Shown here piece after piece: positions 54,999 through 64,000 of a stretch of 64,000 bases of DNA. Every line of letters begins with the position of its first letter. Position 1 is the stretch's first letter. The stretch comes from Antedon mediterranea (lineage: Eukaryota > Animalia > Echinodermata): contig NC_092670.1 in NCBI RefSeq assembly GCF_964355755.1, forward strand, positions 27,764,388-27,828,387, read 5' to 3'. The position numbers were made by a program, and so were the translations under genes. The notes below the pieces were generated by a model. The model worked only from the letters and a program-made list of their open reading frames with translations. It was not told the DNA's origin and ran no database searches.

Positions 54999-55986
54999 CG
55001 CCGTGGTTAGGATTCCGGCACCGCAACTCAACTTCCCATCGTTTAGGGAATCCGACACGCTATTGCGCATGCCCAGAGCGAAGTAATTATAGCTTGCACT
55101 AGTGCCACAGACCGCGCACCACATTACCCGAGAGTCGGAGTGTTAACTAGGGATGTACTGTGTAGCCAAAGATATCTTTGCTGTGGCCTAGTTAGTCGGC
55201 GCGCGGGGGAGAGAGCGATGGATGAAACTTGGCCTAGGCCATACATGAATTAATAATTACGCCACGCGTTAAAATAATTATTATGATATTGATAAGAATC
55301 AGCTTGCGTATTTCAAGAAATGTACGAAAATGAATAGCGTAGCGTTGCGACACCGACTTCTCCCGAACAGTTCTGTTTTTTTTTTTTCACATCCGCACGG
55401 CGGCTGCTGTCAACAAATCAACTTGTATACTATTGCATGATGTTATGTACAGTATAAATGCGTTATATGAAATCTTTTATTTTGTACTTGAAAAATCATA
55501 AAAAATAAAACTAGTCATGCAATTATAATTCATAAATATATAAAGTTTATATATGAATGAAGCAAATTTAATTACGAAATAAATAGGCCCAATGGTCACA
55601 TCTAGCTGGTAGGCCTACTAGTATTAGTAGGCATGTAGGCCGGCTAGTTCGCCGTGGCGCAGCTATTAAAATGATCCATCGCTGTAAAGCTTGGTTCCCA
55701 CTAGAACGTAACGCAAGGACGTAAACGCAACGCAAGCGTTTTAACCAATGACAAGCGAAGTTATAGACAGTTAGCAATCACAAGCGAATAAGCCATCACT
55801 TGTGATTGGTCAATTTACTTGCGTTGCGTTACGTCCTTGTGTTGCGTCCCTAGTGGGAACCACGCTTTGGTCTGTTGTAGACAAAAATAGAGTCGCCGAT
55901 TACCTTGCTCTGGGCATGCGCAATAGCGTGTCGGATTCCCTAACGCTGGGCAGTTGAGTTTCGGTGCCGGAATCCTAACCACGGCG
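54999..55986. mobile_element. 988-bp nested non-autonomous TIR element with ~90-bp TIRs and 9-bp TSD (Mutator/MULE-like)
   Basis: Left CGCCGTGGTTAGGATTCCGGCACCGCAACTCAAC...GGGAATCCGACACGCTATTGCGCATGCCCAGAGC mirrors the reverse complement of ~55900-55986 with a few mismatches. The direct repeat TAAATATTA lies at 54990-54998 and 55987-55995. Confidence 0.85.
55686..55868. mobile_element. ~180-bp hairpin MITE nested in the 988-bp element
   Basis: AAAGCTTGGTTCCCACTAG..CGTAACGCAAGGACGTAAACGCAACGCAAG..ACCAATGACAAG mirrors CTTGTGATTGGT..CTTGCGTTGCGTTACGTCCTTGTGTTGCG..CTAGTGGGAACCACGCTTT, giving ~70-bp imperfect arms. No clean TSD (TA left, TG right), so the superfamily is not assigned. Confidence 0.75.
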
Positions 55987-57147
55987 TAAATATTAATACA
56001 GTGTTGCAATATTATTTACATAAATTGAATTGATTGCATAGTTTACGTGTATGTGTGAAATGATGTTCTGAATTGAATTTTTGTTTATGTACAGTATGAT
56101 TTTTGAACAATGTGTTAAAGATATAATTGAACTGAACAATTTTTTTTTAAATGTTTTGTTGACTATGCCGTCACTATAGAGTTGTTCACTTTGACCAAAA
56201 ATTAGATTTTTAAAATGCATTTGTACCTTAAAAGGGGGACAATTTAAACAAACAATTGGTTTTTGGTTAAATGTACTGTTTATTTTGTATTTTTGTTAAG
56301 TGAAATCTTTATTGTTTTTTATTTATTTTCTACGGCAAGTGAATATCTAAATTGTTAAAATTGCAAAATGGCAAGGTATTCAAAGTATGATTGTATTAAT
56401 CTTCATTGTTCATGTTTTTTGGGGACAATAAATCTTTCAACAATTAATTTTTTACTGTATTATTTTTGTTTAAAACTACAGTAACTTGATTGAATTTGTT
56501 TCAGGTTTGGAAAAATAATATTGCCACACTTTTGGAAAGCATAGGACAATGTCAACACAGGAATCGAGGCAACTGTTTATTGACTAATCGGAACAATGCA
56601 ATTACAGTACAGTATTGTGTTATTGCCATCATTTGGACTTCTGCAACATTAGCACAAGGCACCTGTGACGTGTGTTGTATTTATTGTGTTTTACTGTAAT
56701 CAGCCAATATTTATAGTTATTCAATCATGTTAGTTGGCAAACATATTACAAACTGGTTATTTGTATATTTTTTATACTTAACATTGGTACCTGAGAACTG
56801 TCAGTGAGGATGTACATTATTTGATTGTTGCTTGGATTTTGCCTGATGATTTGATAACACCTGATTAAATGTTATTTTATGTTTTTATAGAAATTAAAGA
56901 TTAGTAAGATATACAGTATTTATAAAATGTCTCTATTGATGGATTCTGCGACGTAACAGTAACTTTACTACTAACTACTTTAAAACCGTTGATTCAAATT
57001 GGATATAGTAATTCAACAAATCAAATTTTAAATCTATGTTTAAATTTACGTTGATGCAAATTTTCATTTCAACTTAATTATTACGTTGTTTCAACGTTAA
57101 TAATTTCAACATTGAATCAACATTGATAATTTCAACGTAGACATTTT

Positions 57148-57808
57148 TACGTTGTTTCAACGTTGATAATCTATGTTGAATCAACGTTGACATTTTTGTT
57201 GAGGCAAACTTTCATTTTCAACCATTTTTTCAACGTTATTTCAACGTTACTTATTTTACCGTTGTTTCAACGTTGATAATTTCTATGTTGATTCAACGTT
57301 GACATTTACGTTGAGGCAAACTTTCATTTTCAACCATTTTTTCAACGTTATTTCAACGTTACCTATTTTAACGTTGTTTCAACGTTGATAATTTCTATGT
57401 TGATTCAACGTTGACATTTACGTTGAGGCAAACTTTCATTTTCAACCATTTTTTCAACGTTATTTCAACGTTACCTGTTTTAACGTTGTTTCAACGTTGA
57501 TAATTTCTATGTTGATTCAACGTTGACATTTAAGTTGAGGCAAACTTTCATTTTCAACCATTTTTTCAACGTTATTTCAACGTTACTTATTTTAACGTTG
57601 TTTCAACGTTGATAATTTCTATGTTGATTCAACGTTGACATTTACGTTGAGGCAAACTTTCATTTTCAACCATCTTTTCAACGTTATTTCAACGTTACTT
57701 ATTTTAACGTTGTTTCAACGTTGATAATTTCTATGTTGATTCAACGTTGACATTTACGTTGAGGCAAACTTTCATTTTCAACCACTTTTTCAACGTTATT
57801 TCAACGTT
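57148..57808 (+). repeat. Right subterminal 112-bp tandem array (~6 copies) of the transposon
   Basis: GAGGCAAACTTTCATTTTCAACC starts at 57201, 57313, 57425, 57537, 57649 and 57761 (period 112). Each unit has several AACGTT motifs, and degenerate copies extend back to ~56985. Confidence 0.96.
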
Positions 57809-57858
57809 TGCAGATAACGTTGAATTAACGTTAATTCAACCAATTTTTGCCCACTGGG

Positions 57859-60800
57859 TTTGCTGTTTTGTGTGAATAATTTTTGTCGAAATGCTCAAAA
57901 TGGTCAAAAACGTTTTTAAATACGATATTAAGCTATTTTGTGCTCTTTGATGTTTTTGTGTGAAAAGTTTTATCGAAATGCTCAAAATGGTCTAAAACGG
58001 TTTCTAATGTGATTTTAAGCACTTTGATGTTTTTATGTTAACAACTTTTTTAGAAAATCACAAAATGGTCTAAAACGTCTCCAAATGCGATTTGAAGCAA
58101 TTCTAAGCACTTTGGTGTTTTTATGGTAACGAGTTATTTCGAAAATCACAAAATGGTCTAAAACGTCTCCAAATGCGATTTGAAGCTATTCTGTACACTT
58201 TGCTGTTTTGTGTGAATAATTTTTGTCAAAATGCTCAAAATGGTCAAAAACGTTTTTTAATACTATATTAAGCTATTTTGTGCTCTTTGATGTTTTTGTG
58301 TGAAAAGTTTTATCGAAATGCTCAAAATGGTCTAAAACGGTTTCTAATGTGATTTTAAGCACTTTGATGTTTTTATGTTAACAACTTTTTTAGAAAATTA
58401 CAAAATGGTGTAAAACGTCTCCAAATGCGATTTGAAGCTATTCTAAGCACTTTGGTGTTTTTATGGTAACGAGTTTTTTTGAATATCACAAAATGGTCTA
58501 AAATGTCTCCAAATGCGATTTGAAGCTTTTCTAAGCACTTTGGTGTTTTTATGTTAACAAGTTTTTTCGAAAATCACAAAATGGTCTAAAACGTCTCCAA
58601 ATGTGATTTGAAGCTATTCTAAACACTTTGGTGTTTTTATGTTAACAAGTTTTTTCGAAAATCACAAATTGGTCTAAAACGTCTCCAAATGCGATTTGAA
58701 GCTAGTTTAAGCACTTTGGTGTTTTTGTGTAACCAAGTTTTTTCGAAAATCACAAAAGGGTCTAAAATGTCTCAAAATGCGATTTGAAGCTATTCTGTAC
58801 ACTTTGATGTTTTTTTTGTTAACAAGTTTTTTCGAAAGTCACAAAATGGTCTAAAACGTCTCCAAATGCGATTTGAAGCTATTCTAAGCACTTTGGTGTT
58901 TTTATGTTAACAAGTTTTTTCGAAAATCACAAAATGGTGTAAAACGTCTCCAAATGCGATTTGAAGCTATTCTAAGCAATTTGGTGTTTTTATGTTAACA
59001 AGTTTTTTCGAAAATCACAAAATGGTGTAAAACGTCTCTAAATGCGATTTTAAGCTATTCTAAGCAATTTGGTGTTTTTTTATGTTAACAAGTTTTTTCG
59101 AAAATCACAAAATGGTCTAAAACGTCTCCAAATGCGATTTGAAGCTATTCTGTACACTTTGCTGTTTTGTGAGAGTAATTTTTGTCGAAATGCTCAAAAT
59201 GGTCAAAAACGTTTTTAAATACGATATTAAGCTATTTTGTGCTCTTTGATGTTTTTGTGTGAAAAGTTTTATCGAAATGCTCAAAATGGTCTAAAACGGT
59301 TTCTAATGTGATTTTAAGCACTTTGGTGTTTTTATGTTAACAAGTTTTTTCGAAAATCACAAAATGGTCTAAAACGTCTCCAAATGTGATTTGAAGCTAT
59401 TCAAAACACTTTGGTGTTTTTATGTTAACAAGTTTTTTCGAAAATCACAAATTGGTCTAAAACGTCTCCAAATGCGATTTGAAGCTATTTTAAGCACTTT
59501 GGTGTTTTTGTGTAACCAAGTTTTTTCGAAAATCACAAAAGGGTCTAAAATGTCTCAAAATGCGATTTGAAGCTATTCTGTACACTTTGATGTTTTTTTG
59601 TTAACAAGTTTTTTCGAAAGTCACAAAATGGTCTAAAACGTCTCCAAATGCGATTTGAAGCTATTCTAAGCACTTTGCTGTTTTGTGTGAATAATTTTTG
59701 TCGAAATGCTCAAAATGGTCAAAAACGTTTTTAAATACGATATTAAGCTATTTTGTGCTCTTTGATGTTTTTGTGTGAAAAGTTTTATCGAAATGCTCAA
59801 AATGGTCTAAAACGGTTTCTAATGTGATTTTAAGCACTTTGATGTTTTTATGTTAACAACTTTTTTAGAAAATCACAAAATGGTCTAAAACGTCTCCAAA
59901 TGCGATTTGAAGCAATTCTAAGCACTTTGGTGTTTTTATGGTAACGAGTTTTTTTGAATATCACAAAATGGTCTAAAATGTCTCCAAATGCGATTTGAAG
60001 CTTTTCTAAGCACTTTGGTGTTTTTATGTTAACAAGTTTTTTCGAAAATCACAAAATGGTCTAAAACGTCTCCAAATGCGATTTGAAGCTATTCTGTACA
60101 CTTTGCTGTTTTGTGTGAATAATTTTTGTCGAAATGCTCAAAATGGTCAAAAACGTTTTTAAATACGATATTAAGCTATTTTGTGCTCTTTTATGTTTTT
60201 GTGTGAAAAGTTTTATCGAAATGCTCAAAATGGTCTAAAACGGTTTCTAATGTGATTTTAAGCACTTTGATGTTTTTATGTTAACAACTTTTTTAGAAAA
60301 TCACAAAATGGTCTAAAACGTCTCCAAATGCGATTTGAAGCAATTCTAAGCACTTTGGTGTTTTTATGGTAACGAGTTTTTTTGAATATCACAAAATGGT
60401 CTAAAATGTCTCCAAATGCGATTTGAAGCTTTTCTAAGCACTTTGGTGTTTTTATGGTAACTAACGAGTTTTTTTGAATATCACAAAATGGTCTAAAACG
60501 TCTCCAAATGCGATTTGAAGCTTTTCTAAGCACTTTGGTGTTTTTATGTTTACAAGTTTTTTCGAAAATCACAAAATGGTCTAAAACGGCTCCAAATACG
60601 ATTTGAAGCTATTCTAAGCACTTTGGTGTTTTTATGTTAACAAGTTTTTTCGAAAATCACAAAATGGTCTAAAACGTCTCCAAATGCGATTTGAAGCTAT
60701 TCTAAGCACTTTGGTGTTTTTATGTTAACAAGTTTTTTCGAAAATCACAAAATGGTGTAAAACGTCTCCAAATGCGATTTGAAGCTATTCTAAGCAATTT

Positions 60801-63800
60801 TGTGTTTTTATGTTAACAAGTTTTTTCGAAAATCACAAAATGGTCTAAAACGTCTCCAAATGCGATTTGAAGCTATTCTAAGCACTTTTGTTTTTTTATG
60901 TTAACAAGTTTTTTCGAAAATCACAAAATGGTCTAAAATGTCTCAAAATGCGATTTGAAGCTATTCTGTACACTTTGCTGTTTTGTGTGAATAATTTTTG
61001 TCAAAATGCTCAAAATGGTCAAAAACGTTTTTAAATACTATATTAAGCTATTTTGTGTTCTTTGATGTTTTTGTGTGAAAAGTTTTTTCGAAATGCTCAA
61101 AATGGTCTAAAACGGTTTCTAATGTGATTTTAAGCACTTTGATGTTTTTATGTTAACAACTTTTTTAGAAAATTACAAAATGGTCTAAAACGTCTCCAAA
61201 TGCGATTTGAAGCAATTCTAAGCACTTTGGTGTTTTTATGTTAACAAGTTTTTTCGAAAATCACAAAATGGTCTAAAACGTCTCCAAATGCGATTTGAAG
61301 CTATTCTGTACACTTTGCTGTTTTGTGTGAATAATTTTTGTTGAAATGCTCAAAATGGTCAAAAACGTTTTTAAATACGATATTAAGCTATTTTGTGCTC
61401 TTTGATGTTTTTGTGTGAAAAGTTTTATCGAAATGCTCAAAATGGTCTAAAACGGTTTCTAATGTGATTTTAAGCACTTTGGTGTTTTTATGTTAACAAG
61501 TTTTTTCGAAAATCACAAAATGGTCTAAAACGTCTCCAAATGTGATTTGAAGCTATTCTAAACACTTTGGTGTTTTTATGTTAACAAGTTTTTTCGAAAA
61601 TCACAAATTGGTCTAAAACGTCTCCAAATGCGATTTGAAGCTATTTTAAGCACTTTGGTGTTTTTGTGTAACCAAGTTTTTTCGAAAATCACAAAAGGGT
61701 CTAAAATGTCTCAAAATGCGATTTGAAGCTATTCTGTACACTTTGATGTTTTTTTGTTAACAAGTTTTTTCGAAAGTCACAAAATGGTCTAAAAAGTCTC
61801 CAAATGCGATTTGAAGCTATTCTAAGCACTTTGGTGTTTTTATGTTAACAAGTTTTATCGAAAATCACAAAATGGTGTAAAACGTCTCCAAATGCGATTT
61901 GAAGCTATTCTAAGCACTTTGGTGTTTTTATGTTAACAAGTTTTTTCGAAAATCACAAAATGGTGTAAAACGTCTCCAAATGCGATTTTAAGCTATTCTA
62001 AGCAATTTGGTGTTTTTATGTTAACAAGTTTTTTCGAAAATCACAAAATGGTCTAAAACGTCTCCAAATGCGATTTGAAGCTATTCTGTACACTTTGCTG
62101 TTTTGTGAGAATAATTTTTGTCGAAATGCTCAAAATGGTCAAAAACGTTTTTAAATACGATATTAAGCTATTTTGTGCTCTTTGATGTTTTTGTGTGAAA
62201 AGTTTTATCGAAATGCTCAAAATGGTCTAAAACGGTTTCTAATGTGATTTTAAGCACTTTGGTGTTTTTATGTTAACAAGTTTTTTCGAAAATCACAAAA
62301 TGGTCTAAAACGTCTCCAAATGTGATTTGAAGCTATTCTAAACACTTTGGTGTTTTTATGTTAACAAGTTTTTTCGAAAATCACAAATTGGTCTAAAACG
62401 TCTCCAAATGCGATTTGAAGCTATTTTAAGCACTTTGGTGTTTTTGTGTAACCAAGTTTTTTCGAAAATCACAAAAGGGTCTAAAATGTCTCAAAATGCG
62501 ATTTGAAGCTATTCTGTACACTTTGATGTTTTTTTGTTAACAAGTTTTTTCGAAAGTCACAAAATGGTCTAAAAAGTCTCCAAATGCGATTTGAAGCTAT
62601 TCTAAGCACTTTGGTGTTTTTATGTTAACAAGTTTTATCGAAAATCACAAAATGGTGTAAAACGTCTCCAAATGCGATTTGAAGCTATTCTAAGCACTTT
62701 GGTGTTTTTATGTTAACAAGTTTTTTCGAAAATCACAAAATGGTGTAAAACGTCTCCAAATGCGATTTTAAGCTATTCTAAGCAATTTGGTGTTTTTATG
62801 TTAACAAGTTTTTTCGAAAATCACAAAATGGTCTAAAACGTCTCCAAATGCGATTTGAAGCTATTCTGTACACTTTGCTGTTTTGTGAGAATAATTTTTG
62901 TCGAAATGCTCAAAATGGTCAAAAACGTTTTTAAATACGATATTAAGCTATTTTGTGCTCTTTGATGTTTTTGTGTGAAAAGTTTTATCGAAATGCTCAA
63001 AATGGTCTAAAACGGTTTCTAATGTGATTTTAAGCACTTTGATGTTTCTATGTTAACAACTTTTTTAGAAAATTACAAAATGGTGTAAAACGTCTCCAAA
63101 TGCGATTTGAAGCTATTCTAAGCAATTTCGTGTTTTTATGTTAACAAGTTTTTTCGAAAATCACAAAATGGTCTAAAACGTCTGCAAATGCGATTTGAAG
63201 CTATTCTAAGCACTTTTGTGTTTTTATGTTAACAAGTTTTTTCGAAAATCACAAAATGGTCTAAAATGTCTCCAAATGCGATTTTAAGGTATTCTAAGCA
63301 CTTTGGTGTTTTTATGTTAACAAGTTTTTTCGAAAATCACAAAATGGTCTAAAACGTCTCCAAATGCGATTTGAAGCTATTCTAAGCACTTTGGTGTTTT
63401 TATGTTAACAAGTTTTTTCGAAAATCACAAAATGGTGTAAAACTTCTCCAAATACGATTTTAAGCTATTCTAAGCAATTTGGTGTTTTTATGTTAACAAG
63501 TTTTTTCGAAAATCACAAAATGGTATAAAACGTCTCCAAATACGATTTGAAGCAATTCTAAGCACTTTGGTGTTTTTATGTTAACAAGTTTTTTCGAAAA
63601 TCACAAAATGGTATAAAACGTCTCCAAATGCGATTTTAAGGTATTCTAAGCACTTTGGTGTTTTTATGTTAACAAGTTTTTTCGAAAATCACAAAATGGT
63701 CTAAAACGTCTCCAAATGCGATTTGAAGCTATTCTGTACACTTTGCTGTTTTGTGTGAATAATTTTTGTCGAAATGCTCAAAATGGTCAAAAACGTTTTT

Positions 63801-64000
63801 AAATACGATATTAAGCTATTTTGTGCTCTTTGATGTTTTTGTGTGAAAAGTTTTATCGAAATGCTCAAAATGGTCTAAAACGGTTTCTAATGTGATTTTA
63901 AGCACTTTGATGTTTTTATGTTAACAAGTTTTTTCGAAAATTACAAAATGGTATAAAACGTCTCCAAATGCGATTTGAAGATTTTCTAAGCACTTTGGTG
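57859..64000 (+). repeat. 88-bp satellite array (right arm; same orientation and phase as the left arm; runs off the window end)
   Basis: Resumes mid-monomer with TTTGCTGTTTTGTGTGAATAA, completing the monomer interrupted at 50607. Confidence 0.98.

Larger units (their letters stand above)
50608..57858. mobile_element. 7251-bp non-autonomous TIR DNA transposon, CMC (CACTA/EnSpm)-like, inserted in a satellite monomer
   Basis: Left end CCCAGTGGGCA (50608-50618) is the exact reverse complement of right end TGCCCACTGGG (57848-57858). Flanks AGCACTT|element|TTTGCTG versus uninterrupted AGCACTTTGCTG imply a 2-bp TT duplication. The CCCAG terminus fits the CMCWR pattern, and short TIRs with a 2-bp TSD and subterminal repeats fit animal EnSpm/CACTA elements. 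No transposase-length ORF is present. Confidence 0.9.

Noticed and set aside
55568-56699. Four 64-75 aa ORFs in the element interior
   Set aside because: They are short, have mostly non-ATG starts, cross MITE boundaries and show no DDE or other recognisable motif.
50608-57858. Alternative identity as piggyBac (CCC ends), LTR element or Helitron, or as the source of the 88-bp satellite
   Set aside because: There is no TTAA target at the outer ends, no long direct repeats, and a TIR plus TSD is present. Beyond short words such as AACGTT, I see no alignable similarity between the element's arrays and the 88-bp monomer.
60276-60572. 98-aa minus-strand ORF
   Set aside because: It is an antisense reading of satellite monomers extended by the 4-bp duplication at ~60460.

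Overview
Eukaryotic (probably animal) heterochromatin-type window with no credible protein-coding gene. About 57 kb (1-50607 and 57859-64000) is a single-orientation, AT-rich 88-bp tandem satellite. It has a recurring divergent three-monomer cassette, irregular higher-order repeats and near-identical multi-kb block duplications. The array is interrupted once by a 7251-bp non-autonomous TIR DNA transposon (50608-57858) with CCCAGTGGGCA termini and a 2-bp TT target-site duplication, consistent with the CMC/CACTA-EnSpm group. A paralogous empty site at about 7183 in the same window confirms the boundaries. The element carries its own subterminal tandem arrays (61 bp left, 112 bp right) built from 11-bp-phased AACGTT palindromes. 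It also contains three nested inverted-repeat elements: 799 bp TGT..ACA with TTAA flanks, 988 bp with a 9-bp TSD, and a ~180-bp hairpin MITE inside the latter. All coordinates and counts were read by eye.
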